A stretch of 64,000 nt of DNA from a virus, in the IMG/VR virus record IMGVR_UViG_3300020193_000004, positions 1-64,000 of that record. One strand, given 5' to 3'. The notes under the pieces are model-generated. The model made no database searches. It worked only from the letters and a program-made list of their open reading frames with translations, and had not been told where the DNA came from. Shown here piece by piece: positions 1-9,706 of this stretch (positions are counted from its first letter, which is position 1; the number at the start of each line of letters is the position of its first letter). The position numbers were made by a program, and so were the translations under genes.

Positions 1-273
1 CGCTTCATCGGCGCGGCCGAGCGGGAGGCGAGGGGGAAGAAGCTCCCCGCGCTCGACGCCGAGATCGAGAATGCCTTCGCGTCCGCCATACCGGGGTTCT
101 CAACCTCGGAGGTCACCGAGATGCAGCTCGGGGAGTGCAAGCTGCTGGTCACCCACAAGCAGCGGCAACTCCTGGAGGCTGCGCTTGGGGAGCCGACCGA
201 CGACCTCGCGAGGCTCATCCTCGCGCGGGTGATCGTGCAGACCGTGGCGCTCCGTCAGGCGAAAGCAGCCTGA
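1..273 (+). CDS. hypothetical protein, 3' part (5' truncated by window)
   Basis: Open frame RFIGAAERE...RQAKAA* with high-GC3 codons, ending TGA at 271-273. Confidence 0.6.
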   Translation, partial: RFIGAAEREARGKKLPALDAEIENAFASAIPGFSTSEVTEMQLGECKLLVTHKQRQLLEAALGEPTDDLARLILARVIVQTVALRQAKAA

Positions 274-391
274 CGGGGGTCCGCCCCATAACCGGCGAAA
301 ATCCGTACATAAGGGTCAATCTGTACCGGTACGCATGCCTCCGTGCGGGCTCACGTGGCTCGCGAGGCATCCTCTTCTTAGCGGAGAAGAT

Positions 392-865
392 ATGCCCTTA
401 CATTGCCCGATCTCACCCACGCACCTGCTGGTGGAGATCGCCCCTGGCCTCTTCCAGTGCCCAACCTGCGGAGCGGGTCCAACCGAGTTCTGGGCGCTCG
501 GCTTCGTCGAGGTCGAGGGTGACACCGTCAGCGCGGTCTACAGCACCTGGCGCCCGGAGCTCTTCTGCTACGTGTCCTCGTTCGCGAAGTGGATGGTCGA
601 CAACGCCGGACGGCGTGTCCCGGGCTCGCTCACCACGACCCTGCTCAGGTACTGCAGCACGGAGAGCGATCTCCGCGAGACACCGCTGCCCCTTCGCGCT
701 GACGGAGACGTCGTCCGTCTCCGGGAGGGGATGTTCACGTCCCCGCTGGGCGAGAAGACATCAGGCCGGTCAGGCGGGCGAGGAGGTACGTCCGCAAGAG
801 CGCCTTCTCCATCGGGAGGAGCGGGTCCTGGTTCCCCGCGCCGCCGACGGAAGGCGAGCGGGTGA
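392..865 (+). CDS. zinc-ribbon hypothetical protein
   Basis: GGAG RBS before ATG 392; C-x4-H...CPTC motif; CATAAG at 308. Confidence 0.55.
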   Translation: MPLHCPISPTHLLVEIAPGLFQCPTCGAGPTEFWALGFVEVEGDTVSAVYSTWRPELFCYVSSFAKWMVDNAGRRVPGSLTTTLLRYCSTESDLRETPLPLRADGDVVRLREGMFTSPLGEKTSGRSGGRGGTSARAPSPSGGAGPGSPRRRRKASG

Positions 866-959
866 AGAACTCGTCGAAGGCGTCGATCTCGCGCTCGACA
901 GCGGCCTTCTGCTCTACGAGGGTCGCAGGACCCGTGACTTCCACGTTCGTGCTGCTCAT
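735..959 (-). CDS. small hypothetical protein
   Basis: Protein-like helical sequence MSSTNVEV...; overlaps the low-complexity tail of the previous ORF in antisense. Confidence 0.45.
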   Translation of the reverse strand: MSSTNVEVTGPATLVEQKAAVEREIDAFDEFFTRSPSVGGAGNQDPLLPMEKALLRTYLLARLTGLMSSRPAGT

Positions 960-998
960 ACGGCACACCTACCACTGTGAGTACAAGGAGACAAGCTG

Positions 999-2378
999 GT
1001 GGAGAAGCGAGAGTTCAAGCAGGTGTCCAGGACCGGCAAGCCGCGCATCTGGACCATCGAGGTCGTGGGGCGCTTCGTGCGCACCACCTACGGGGAAGAG
1101 GGCGGCAAGCTCCAGTTCGTCGAGGACGAGGGGCAGTGCAAGAACCCCGGCAAGGCGAACGAGGTCAGCCCGGAGGAGGACGCGCTGTACCTGGCCGGGA
1201 GGGCCATCCTCGCAAAGGTGCGCAACGGCTACGTCGAGGAGGGCACGGAGCGGGCGACCAGCATCGACTGGAACTCCACGCTGCCCATCAATCTCCGGTT
1301 CTTCAAGCCGGACAACACGCTGAGCGTGGCGCTCGAGAAGAAGCTCCGCTCGTGCGATGCCTGGTTGGGTCGGAAGCGCGACGGCGAGATGATGGTCCTC
1401 GTGAAGGGGCCGGACGGGAAGGTGGACGCGTACTCGCGCACGATGCTGCGCCACCACCACCTCGAGGAGGGGCAGTTCGAGTGGAAGGACCGCATCCAGG
1501 AGATGGTCAAGGAGCTCGAGCAGCGGGCCGACGTACCGCCGCGCACCATCCTGCTCGGCGACCTGGTGCACGACCCGAAGGACGACGGGCGCTGGAACGT
1601 GGCGTCCTTCATGAAGAGCCTCACCCCCGAGGCCGTCGCCACGATGCCGCCCCCGTTCTACTACGTCTGGGACGTCGCCTTCTGGGGCGGCGAGGACCTG
1701 GTCAGCCACGTGTCGGTGGGGACGCGGTACTCTCTCATCTGGGATACCTTCGGCACGGTGAAGGACTCCGGAGGGCACGCCATCCCCTCCTGGCCCGGTG
1801 ACAGCTGGTTCTTGCCGATCGAGGTCTGGGAGGTCGGGCAACTGCGTCGGATGCACAAGCTGAAGAGCAGTCCCGAGGACGATGTCGACTTCGCCCGCGA
1901 GGTGACGAAGCTCCTGGGCTGGGAGGGCTGGGTCGTGGTCGACCCGGACGGCCAGTACAACGACCGCGCCTACAACTTCCGCGGCAAGACCGACCGCCCG
2001 GGCAAGTACTGCGGGAAGCTCAAGCCCTGCTACGAGGACGACTTCGTGGCGCTCTTCGACCCCAACAACGCCAAGGGCCAGGGGGTCCAGGGCAAGTGGG
2101 GGAGCGGCAACAGCCGCGGCATGGTCGGGGCGGTGAGCCTCTACCAGTACAACAAGAAGGGCGAGCTCATCTACATCTGCGAGTGCGGCGGCGGTATCAC
2201 GGACGACTTCCGCGCAAAGTACTCCGACCCCGCCGACTACCCGATCGTGCTCCAGGTGGAGTACACCGACCGCACCTACAAGTCCGAGGGCGAGAAGACC
2301 GACGCCCTCACCTACCCCCGTGTGCTTTGCATCCGCGACGACAAGAAGGTCGCGGAGTGCATCAACCCGAGGCTGTGA
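999..2378 (+). CDS. ATP-dependent DNA ligase, phage type
   Basis: KRDG adenylation motif, YYVWDV, EGWVV, KLKP, C-terminal OB-fold YPRVLCIRDDK; AAGGAG RBS. Confidence 0.88.
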   Translation: MEKREFKQVSRTGKPRIWTIEVVGRFVRTTYGEEGGKLQFVEDEGQCKNPGKANEVSPEEDALYLAGRAILAKVRNGYVEEGTERATSIDWNSTLPINLRFFKPDNTLSVALEKKLRSCDAWLGRKRDGEMMVLVKGPDGKVDAYSRTMLRHHHLEEGQFEWKDRIQEMVKELEQRADVPPRTILLGDLVHDPKDDGRWNVASFMKSLTPEAVATMPPPFYYVWDVAFWGGEDLVSHVSVGTRYSLIWDTFGTVKDSGGHAIPSWPGDSWFLPIEVWEVGQLRRMHKLKSSPEDDVDFAREVTKLLGWEGWVVVDPDGQYNDRAYNFRGKTDRPGKYCGKLKPCYEDDFVALFDPNNAKGQGVQGKWGSGNSRGMVGAVSLYQYNKKGELIYICECGGGITDDFRAKYSDPADYPIVLQVEYTDRTYKSEGEKTDALTYPRVLCIRDDKKVAECINPRL

Positions 2379-2542
2379 TGGAACACCTCGACGGCTACTG
2401 CTGCTTGGCTGGGATGCTCGGCTTCGCGGTCCTGCTCCTGGTTTCTCTGTGGTGGAAGCCGTCTGAGGACGGCCCGCGGTACTGGGAACTGTACGACGAA
2501 CAAGACGACGACCAGGAGAACGACAATGCCCCTAAAACCTGA
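2378..2542 (+). CDS. small membrane protein
   Basis: TGATG coupling to ligase; one hydrophobic segment plus acidic tail. Confidence 0.5.
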   Translation: MEHLDGYCCLAGMLGFAVLLLVSLWWKPSEDGPRYWELYDEQDDDQENDNAPKT

Positions 2543-2837
2543 GCAGGTCCGCCTATTCCCTCACTGGGACGGGACCGTCTTTTCGGACCATGACTACTCG
2601 GAGCATCTCCGACTGCGCGACGAGGCGTACCAGCGCTTCACCGACCTCATCGAGAAGGTTCACCGCGGTGATGCACTCACCGATGCGGAGCTCGACCGGG
2701 CCGTCTCGTTCTACGGCCAGATGCAAGCAGGGCTCGACCTTCTCGGCCCGCACTTCCACCTCGCGCGGATGGAGGTCACGCGCACGTACGAGGCCCTCTG
2801 CATGTACTGCCGAGTGCGGTCGGAGGATCACCGGTGA
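2526..2837 (+). CDS. hypothetical protein
   Basis: AGGAG RBS, codon bias, operon packing. Confidence 0.65.
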   Translation: MPLKPEQVRLFPHWDGTVFSDHDYSEHLRLRDEAYQRFTDLIEKVHRGDALTDAELDRAVSFYGQMQAGLDLLGPHFHLARMEVTRTYEALCMYCRVRSEDHR

Positions 2838-3031
2838 CGCCGGTACGCGTCCGCGACTTCCGACCCACCCCACTCGACCCGCCCATCAGCACGTTCCTGC
2901 CGGAGCGCAGCGACTGGTTCGTCGTGGCGGTGAGCGCCAAGGACATGCCCGACCGGAAGGGGTCGGAGGTTCACAAGTTCAACCACTGGGGATCCGGGGC
3001 GTTCTACGTCCGGATCAAGGAGATGCCGTGA
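2834..3031 (+). CDS. hypothetical protein
   Basis: GTGA overlap coupling on both sides, GGAGG RBS. Confidence 0.55.
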   Translation: MTPVRVRDFRPTPLDPPISTFLPERSDWFVVAVSAKDMPDRKGSEVHKFNHWGSGAFYVRIKEMP

Positions 3032-3648
3032 ACAGGAGTGACCTGATCGACCTGATCGTGCGCGCAGCAGCCGCGCTCGAAACGCCGTCTGACCTCTCGA
3101 ACCGCGAGCTGGTAGACATCATCGAGGACCTGCGCGGGGCCGAGGACAAGCTGAAGGCCATTGAGGAGAGGGAGCAGCGCGTCAGTGGGGGTCTCGCCGA
3201 CTGGAAGCAGAAGGTAGAGGACGAGCTGTCGACGTGGAGGCAATCCCCGATCCTCCTGACGAACACCAAGAACCCGCAGGTCGAGGACTTCGAGATCTTC
3301 ATGCGCGGGCACGAGGGGCCGAACAGCCCCGGCCTCCTCCGCACGACCATCGGGGCCATCCGATCGGTGGACCCCGCAAACGTCGAGCCGAGCGCGCTCA
3401 TCGGCGTGTGCTACATCCAGGGCGTCCTGCACCACGCCCACTTCGTGCGCGTGAAGTACGAGGACGGGCCCGACCACATCACCGAGGACGGTGACGGGGT
3501 GCAGGTACCCTGGAACGACGACGAGGAATCCACCTGCAGCCAGTGGTGGCAGGACCTCGAGCGGATCGACGAGATCGTCTTCGACCACATGGAGATCACC
3601 GGCTTCCCTGGCAAGTGGGTGCTCTATGTCACACCGGGAGAACGCTGA
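3028..3648 (+). CDS. hypothetical protein
   Basis: GTG start with AAGGAG RBS; coupled to upstream gene. Confidence 0.65.
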   Translation: MNRSDLIDLIVRAAAALETPSDLSNRELVDIIEDLRGAEDKLKAIEEREQRVSGGLADWKQKVEDELSTWRQSPILLTNTKNPQVEDFEIFMRGHEGPNSPGLLRTTIGAIRSVDPANVEPSALIGVCYIQGVLHHAHFVRVKYEDGPDHITEDGDGVQVPWNDDEESTCSQWWQDLERIDEIVFDHMEITGFPGKWVLYVTPGER

Positions 3649-3649
3649 C

Positions 3650-3931
3650 ATGCCCAAGAACGTCACCACCATCAAGGGTCCGTCGAAGACCTATAAGACC
3701 ACCATGCTCATCCTCGTCGCGAACGAGGAAGCGCAGAAGGGCTGCACGGTCAACTTCTTCAGCGGCGAGGAAGCCCCGGAGGTCCTGCACCGTCGCGGAC
3801 TCCACACCTCCGTGCCGGTCATCATGGTCGGCTCGGACCACAAGGACTGGCTCGGGAAGGTCATGTCCATCCCGAAGGAGCCCGGTCCGACCCGCATCTG
3901 GCGAATCCGCCCGCAGAAGAAGGAGAAGTAG
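3650..3931 (+). CDS. short RecA/DnaB-fold P-loop protein fragment
   Basis: GPSKTYKT Walker A followed by VNFFSGEE strand; 93 aa only. Confidence 0.55.
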   Translation: MPKNVTTIKGPSKTYKTTMLILVANEEAQKGCTVNFFSGEEAPEVLHRRGLHTSVPVIMVGSDHKDWLGKVMSIPKEPGPTRIWRIRPQKKEK

Positions 3932-4258
3932 GTGGCCAACTACAACACGCAGGCAGTGCTCTCGACCGGAGCCCTCACGGGCGTCCCGGACCACGTCCGG
4001 CGCGCGTTCGTGGCGCTCACCGACGGCAACGCCGACGCGCTGCGGGAGCTCTTCTACGAGATCAACGACGGCGGTGCGTTCCGGAAGTCCCTGGCCAAGG
4101 CCGGGATCCTCCTCGACGTCGACAAGCTGACGAGCGAGGCCCTCCGCGAGAGGTACGAGGAGGCATCCGGGAACACGGTCGGAGAGGCGGGGTCGCGGGT
4201 CAGCCCCGCCCAGATGGGCGAGCTGATCCGCGACTTCGCCGGCTTGCGCCACGGGTAG
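3932..4258 (+). CDS. hypothetical protein
   Basis: RBS and codon bias; last gene before a terminator hairpin. Confidence 0.6.
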   Translation: MANYNTQAVLSTGALTGVPDHVRRAFVALTDGNADALRELFYEINDGGAFRKSLAKAGILLDVDKLTSEALRERYEEASGNTVGEAGSRVSPAQMGELIRDFAGLRHG

Positions 4259-4275
4259 GGCGCCTACGGTGCGGA

Positions 4276-4315
4276 GGGAGGCGGGCTTCGGCCCGCCTCC
4301 CGTGCGTCGGTTTAG
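4276..4315 (+). terminator. GC hairpin with cUUCGg loop followed by TTTAG
   Basis: GGGAGGCGGGC-TTCG-GCCCGCCTCCC directly after a stop codon, between convergent gene blocks. Confidence 0.75.
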
Positions 4316-4592
4316 ATCGGGCTTGACGCTCAACGCGGAACTTGGCGCGAGCAACACGTTGATCTGCAGACATGGGCCCTCCAGGGCAGGTTCAGGATTG
4401 GGATGGAGGGCCGCGCTGTCTTTGGTCAGGATCGCGGCGTGCCTGGTCCTGTACACTGTAGCCCTATCAGGTCCCGCAGACCACCGCGCCTCGCTCGTCA
4501 GCCAGTGCGTGCTCCGCTGGGTGCCCGCAACTCCAGAGCGTGCCGTCCTTCCAGAGTCCTACGTGGAAATCCACCAATGCGCGAGACACGGA

Positions 4593-5090
4593 CTACCCGC
4601 CGAAGATGGTGGCGCTCGCGGGGATGTGGTCCTCGTCCTTCGTGGCAGCCGCCCTCTTCCGCATCTCGACGAGCTCCGGGTCCGGCGCGTCCTCCGCAGC
4701 CTTGGCCTTCGCGGCCTGCTGCTCTTCCTGAGCGCGCGCGAGAGCTGCCTGGCGTCGTGCCCGCTCGGCGTCGATCGCCCCGAAGATGGCCTTCTGTCGG
4801 GCCGCGAACTCGGCCTCGGTGAAGACTCCCTTCTCTATGCAGAGGCTCTTCACCGCGGCGATGTTCACGTCGAGGATGTCGTAGGCGTCGCTGACCGTCT
4901 CGAAGTTCGCGAACATCTTGCGGATGTCCTCGAGGAGCCACTGGATGACCTCGCGCCAGGCGACCTCAAGGCGCCCGATGCGCTTCTTGATCGGGTTCGA
5001 GCTGGAGGCCCAGTTGTCCGTCCCAGAAGCCGTCCCGATCTCCTCCAGGAGCCGTGCGCGACGAGCAGCCGCCCTCCCGGGATCAGACAT
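4593..5090 (-). CDS. coiled-coil hypothetical protein
   Basis: GAGGT RBS, codon bias. Confidence 0.65.
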   Translation of the reverse strand: MSDPGRAAARRARLLEEIGTASGTDNWASSSNPIKKRIGRLEVAWREVIQWLLEDIRKMFANFETVSDAYDILDVNIAAVKSLCIEKGVFTEAEFAARQKAIFGAIDAERARRQAALARAQEEQQAAKAKAAEDAPDPELVEMRKRAAATKDEDHIPASATIFGG

Positions 5091-5343
5091 CGCGTACCTC
5101 CGCCGTGCGAGCGGCCCTCACGGCCTTCTCAAGGCTGGCGGCCTCCCGCTCGAACTCGACCACCTGGTTCTCGATGACGGGCTCCGAGACCGGGCTGCCG
5201 TCCAGGGCGCGCATGTTCGCCACAGCCGGGCCCGAGTCTCGCGTGAGGAAGCGCGTGCGGAGGTAGCTGGCGCAGGTCCGGAGGACCGCGATGCGCCCCT
5301 CCATCTCCTTCACCTGGATCAGCTTGTCGTCGAGGGTGGGCAC
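5083..5343 (-). CDS. hypothetical protein
   Basis: GGAGG RBS before GTG; overlaps the downstream start. Confidence 0.6.
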   Translation of the reverse strand: MPTLDDKLIQVKEMEGRIAVLRTCASYLRTRFLTRDSGPAVANMRALDGSPVSEPVIENQVVEFEREAASLEKAVRAARTAEVRDV

Positions 5344-5559
5344 TGTAAACCTCCGAAGAACCAGGGGATAAGGGTCATGCGTTGAAACTGCGGGTGCGCG
5401 AGTCCTGCAGGCCACCTCGCGCGGGAGTAGGCGCCCTGTCTGGGCGTAGTCGGTTGTCGACGAAAGCAGGCAGGAGTTCTTAGTCCTCTGGTTGTACTCA
5501 CATCCTGGAGAACGCGCAAGACATGGTCCGCCCCGGGCATAAGGAGCTTGGAGGTGAAC

Positions 5560-5754
5560 ATGACCAAGAATGAGAAGAAGAAGCGGACCGAGCGGATCCT
5601 TCGGGACTCCCGCGCAGTCCGGGGTGTCGAGCGGCAGATGCACTTCGCCGGCGGTGGTACGGTCACGCAGTGGCGTGGCCGGCACCAGGTGGAGCGCAAC
5701 CAGCGACTGCACGCCCTGCGCAGTGCCTGCCGCGGTCGTCAGCAGGAGGAGTAG
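5560..5754 (+). CDS. small basic protein
   Basis: CATAAG at 5538 plus GGAGGTG RBS. Confidence 0.65.
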   Translation: MTKNEKKKRTERILRDSRAVRGVERQMHFAGGGTVTQWRGRHQVERNQRLHALRSACRGRQQEE

Positions 5755-5756
5755 TC

Positions 5757-6035
5757 ATGGAGAAGCTCGTGACCACCGTGGTCGGCCCTGGGCCCGACCC
5801 GGTAGAGATCTACACCTACCAGGAGGGAGGGGTCGTGGTCGCACACGTCCCTTCCGGCCGGGAGAGGCCGCACCACCGGATCCTGGTCGGCCTGGGGGGC
5901 AGCGAACCTCGGGTAGACCACCGGGCGAGGAAGATGGCGGAGCTCGACTTCCCCAACGGCGACGTCACCATCTGGGTGGCGGCCACGGGGGAGCTGCTCT
6001 ACATCGAAGCCGAGGTCTACCCCCGAGAGGGGTAG
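5757..6035 (+). CDS. hypothetical protein
   Basis: GGAGGAG RBS; followed by CTCTTAG. Confidence 0.6.
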   Translation: MEKLVTTVVGPGPDPVEIYTYQEGGVVVAHVPSGRERPHHRILVGLGGSEPRVDHRARKMAELDFPNGDVTIWVAATGELLYIEAEVYPREG

Positions 6036-6040
6036 ACCTC

Positions 6041-8233
6041 TTAGCCCCTACGCGTCGACTGCGCCTGGTCGAGGAGCGTCTTGATCTGCTGTGCCGCCGC
6101 CTCCACGTGCTGCTTGTGGTTGGGGAAGGCCTGGGCGAGGTTCTTGGTACCTTCGTAAGCCGTGTGCTGGTCCCCCGGAAGCAGCATGGTCCGCAGGACC
6201 CCCGGCCGGTCCGTGTGAAGCCGATCGAAAACCAGCTGTCCGTGCCCCGGGATCTTCAGCTTCCACCGACCCGAGGGGAGGTCAGCTGTGTGCCCGCCCA
6301 GAGGGGCGAGAACACTCTGGATCTTGGTCGTAATGGCGTGTCCCTGCTGCAGCGTCACCCCGGGGATCCGATCCCTGATTCGCTCTGGCAGGTGCGGGAT
6401 GTTGATCTGCACCCGAGCATCCTTCTGCATCCCTGCGAGGACGGCCCCGTGCTTCGACATCTTCGCGTGCAGGTGGTGCATCTCCTGGATGGAGGGGCGC
6501 AGCAGGATTCCAAGCCCTACCAGCTCATTCAGGTCCGATAGGGCTCGCGGATGTGCTCCATGTCCACTACCGTGCATGGTATGAGACAGGGGCTCCAAGA
6601 CCGAGTGAGCTGCCCGCGCTGCGATGCCTACGCGACCAGGTCGACGAGACAGCACCTCGGCACCAGAGGCAGCGAGCGACGTTGCGTACGGGCTCATCAG
6701 CATCCCAAGTCCAGCGGCCTCGTGCATCGCCAGGCTCCGCATCTGCTTCTGCTCAGGGGTGAACTGGGTGCTCTTGGCGTTGCGATGCAGACCCACGGCC
6801 AGCGCCCCGAGACCTGCGGCGGTCCCTGCGGCGAAGAGTGTCTTCGGGTGTGCAGCGAGGCTGGACAGCACCGAGGCCGTCTTCTTGTACATCTTCGACT
6901 CCCTCCATGCGACGATGTGCTTGCAGTCCTGCTCGCCCTTGCCGGCGACGGACTTCTTGTAACGCCAGTCCGGGCACGTGCACCCGACCCCGCCGCCCCG
7001 CAGGCGCGTGATGCTGTACTCGCCGCCGTCGCCGACCCGGACCTTCTCGATCTCCTTGCCGGTGAGCAGGCGGTTCATCTGGTCGACGTGGCGCTCGAGC
7101 TTGGCGTCCGACCGGGTGTCCTGCTGGACCGCGGTGACGAAGGACTTCCGCTTCGCGTGGTCGAGGAAGTCGTCCCACTTCTTGGGGTCGTCGCTCCGGA
7201 AGTGCGTGTTGGCGCGGTGCTTCGCCTCCCGCTGCTCCTTGGAGATCGGGAGGGCTGCGGTCTTCTTCAGGGCGGCCGACTGCGCCCGTACGCCCGTGAA
7301 CGACGGGCCGAACTCTCCGAGTCCGGAGACGTTGCGTATGCGTTGCTGTACCTCAGCCTCACTGCCGCCCTGCGCCCAGTCGAAGACACGCAGGCGCCCA
7401 TCCGGCGTCCTCTGCGTGTTCTTCCCAAGGTCGCCGATGTGCAGACCCTTGCTCCGCGCCCAGTCGTGCAGGGGAGCGTGCGCCTTCTGCTCCTCTGCAT
7501 GGGCCCGATCATAGATCTCGGACACGACGTCCTCGTCGGCACGGCGGCGCGCTCGAACAGCACCAGCATCACCCCAGTTGTGGTCGTGCCAAGCCCTGAA
7601 CTTGCTGCGTACCTGCGCGGATTCCCGCGCTGCTGCTTCGCCGGCGTTCTCGCCGGGAATGTACTCCCACACCTGCGAGACCTGGCCGGGCGCAGCTTCG
7701 ATGTGATGGATCGGCCTCGGCAGAAGCCCTTCGGGAGCGTGCTTGGCCGTCTCGAAGCGCTCACGTGCGTGCTGGGCCTGTGCCTCCGTCGGATGGAACA
7801 TGTCCTTACGGACCTGCAGGCCTTCGGGGCCGAAGACCAGATGCGACACCTGCTCCCCGCCCTTACCGAGTACAGACTTCTCGCCTCGGTGCACGGCATG
7901 CCCGAGAGGCGTGTTCTTCAAGGCCCCGGCCGCGTGCAGACGCGCTGAGAGGGCGGCCACGGCCTCGGGCGCTGCCGCGCGCAACAGCTTCAGTCCCTTC
8001 GCAGTGGCGGTCTTGTCCGCCGGGTGGTCGAAGCGCTCTCGCCACTTCGCGATGATGGTGTTCCGCTCCTCTGCGGACATGGACCGCCAGGCACGCAGGA
8101 CCGCCCGACGCGCCTCGGAGGTGAGCGTACCGGCGACGGCTCCAGACCACTCACCCGGAGGTCCGAGGGAGGAGAGGATGCCAGGCACGTCCGTGCGTGT
8201 GTCCTGCGTTACTGTCGGCATGGCGAAGAGCAT
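6041..8233 (-). CDS. multi-module protein (kinase-like, SWIM zinc finger, membrane segments, RNase-like C-terminus); putative polyprotein
   Basis: LGKGGE...EYIPGE...GDLGKN...DGRLRVFD; CTCPDW-x11-CKH; three KTA and one KDA at module borders. Confidence 0.7.
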   Translation of the reverse strand: MLFAMPTVTQDTRTDVPGILSSLGPPGEWSGAVAGTLTSEARRAVLRAWRSMSAEERNTIIAKWRERFDHPADKTATAKGLKLLRAAAPEAVAALSARLHAAGALKNTPLGHAVHRGEKSVLGKGGEQVSHLVFGPEGLQVRKDMFHPTEAQAQHARERFETAKHAPEGLLPRPIHHIEAAPGQVSQVWEYIPGENAGEAAARESAQVRSKFRAWHDHNWGDAGAVRARRRADEDVVSEIYDRAHAEEQKAHAPLHDWARSKGLHIGDLGKNTQRTPDGRLRVFDWAQGGSEAEVQQRIRNVSGLGEFGPSFTGVRAQSAALKKTAALPISKEQREAKHRANTHFRSDDPKKWDDFLDHAKRKSFVTAVQQDTRSDAKLERHVDQMNRLLTGKEIEKVRVGDGGEYSITRLRGGGVGCTCPDWRYKKSVAGKGEQDCKHIVAWRESKMYKKTASVLSSLAAHPKTLFAAGTAAGLGALAVGLHRNAKSTQFTPEQKQMRSLAMHEAAGLGMLMSPYATSLAASGAEVLSRRPGRVGIAARAAHSVLEPLSHTMHGSGHGAHPRALSDLNELVGLGILLRPSIQEMHHLHAKMSKHGAVLAGMQKDARVQINIPHLPERIRDRIPGVTLQQGHAITTKIQSVLAPLGGHTADLPSGRWKLKIPGHGQLVFDRLHTDRPGVLRTMLLPGDQHTAYEGTKNLAQAFPNHKQHVEAAAQQIKTLLDQAQSTRRG

Positions 8234-8264
8234 ACCTCGCGGCTGGCACTGGTGCCGTGACCAC

Positions 8265-9035
8265 CTACGCCAACATCACCGCCTTGATGCGGGACTCCAG
8301 AGTCGCCCCCGCGGCGAGCTCGCGCATGATGTTCCGAAGCGGGTAGATGAGCAGGCCCTTGTTGCGGATCGCCTCGGCGAGACCGTACGTCTGCGCCATC
8401 ATCTTCGCGCGGACATCCTCCGGGCGGTACTTCAGGTACAGGTCGCAGTCGCTGTCGAGCTTCCGGAACCACTCGGCGATGACCGTCGACGCGACCTCCA
8501 CCGGCAGAACGTAGTAGAGCGAGTCGGCGATGTGCTCGGTGTCCCAGCGCACCCCACAGCCCGGGCAGATCACGTAGCCGTTCACGGCCTGGTCCCCCGG
8601 GATGATGGTGTTGCAGCCGTCGACGCTGGCCTCCTTGGGGAAGGGCGACTTCCCGAGTGCCAGGAAGGGCGGTCGCACCGGCTTGGGGGCGTTCGGGTTG
8701 CGCCGGCAGATGAAGGCCGACTCATCCCCGCCGCCGTGCAGCCGCTTCCCGGACTCCCAGAAGGTGAGCGTGAACGTGATCGGCTTATGGATGGAGCGAT
8801 CGGACTTGAACCAGATCTGCAGCTTCCAGTGCGCCTTCGAGTACTTGCCGGCGGCCTCGAGGTCGTCGAGGGTCTCCTTGCTCAGGAGCTCCTGCAGGAC
8901 TGCCCGGCCAGCTGCCTCGCTCTCAGTATCGCCGACAGTCAGTTCCGGGACGTTGGCGTGGGCTGGAGTCGCCCCCGAGCTCAGGCTCATGATCTTCGAG
9001 CGGCGCTGCTCTGCGGTCTCTTCGGTGCCCATCAC
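8265..9035 (-). CDS. Cys-containing hypothetical protein (probable Zn-binding)
   Basis: FIC...GC...CPGC; codon bias; coupled to upstream gene. Confidence 0.65.
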   Translation of the reverse strand: MMGTEETAEQRRSKIMSLSSGATPAHANVPELTVGDTESEAAGRAVLQELLSKETLDDLEAAGKYSKAHWKLQIWFKSDRSIHKPITFTLTFWESGKRLHGGGDESAFICRRNPNAPKPVRPPFLALGKSPFPKEASVDGCNTIIPGDQAVNGYVICPGCGVRWDTEHIADSLYYVLPVEVASTVIAEWFRKLDSDCDLYLKYRPEDVRAKMMAQTYGLAEAIRNKGLLIYPLRNIMRELAAGATLESRIKAVMLA

Positions 9036-9706
9036 AGCGACCCCCCTCCGCCATCACGACGGTACGAGAACTCGGACTCGCCGCGTCCCTGGACGACGGC
9101 CTTGAACTTCCCCCGACCCGAGTGGAGGTCGATGACCTCGTGCGGGTTCCTGCGCCCACCGAACATCTCCGTGCGCTGGTGCGCGAGCTTCACGGTCGTG
9201 CGCGTCTCGATGGCCCCGTTGTGGATCTCTTCGACGAGCTTGATGTTGTGCCGCCCGTTGTCTCGCAGGCCAGGCATGACGAGCTCCTGTTGTGGCGGTC
9301 CGTCGTAATCGAGCACGGCTGTCGCGGGGGGCTCGGCAACCCGCGTGGCGGGCTGTGCGGTGATGCGCGGCGCAGAGGCGGGCGCGCTCCGCCCCAGTGC
9401 GAAGGGTGGCGGCTTCGGGATGTTCTTGGCGAGCACAGCGCGCAGCGGCTCGCGAACGTCCGTCGGGTCACCCCACAGGATCAGCACCCAGGTGTACTGC
9501 ACGTCGCCCTCGGCCTTGTGGAAGACCTTGTGCGCTTCGAGGCCGAAGGCGCCGTCGGTGTTCGCGGCGATCAGCAGCGCCTGCATCATGCGGATCCATT
9601 GCTTCTCGTCGTGTACGCGCAGGACCAGCTTCCCGCTCTGGGTGTCTGCGTCGACATCCTCGGAGACGACCTCGACGACGTTGGAGGCGAACAGGTCGGC
9701 GATCAT
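9032..9706 (-). CDS. hypothetical protein
   Basis: ATGA coupling within - strand operon. Confidence 0.65.
   Translation of the reverse strand: MIADLFASNVVEVVSEDVDADTQSGKLVLRVHDEKQWIRMMQALLIAANTDGAFGLEAHKVFHKAEGDVQYTWVLILWGDPTDVREPLRAVLAKNIPKPPPFALGRSAPASAPRITAQPATRVAEPPATAVLDYDGPPQQELVMPGLRDNGRHNIKLVEEIHNGAIETRTTVKLAHQRTEMFGGRRNPHEVIDLHSGRGKFKAVVQGRGESEFSYRRDGGGGSL

Noticed and set aside
4320-4590. ncRNA or small gene between convergent blocks
   Set aside because: Only a short inverted repeat (GGCCCTCCA/TGGAGGGCC); no recognisable family or convincing ORF
6551-9308. Long + strand ORFs (465 and 521 aa)
   Set aside because: Antisense to well-supported - strand genes
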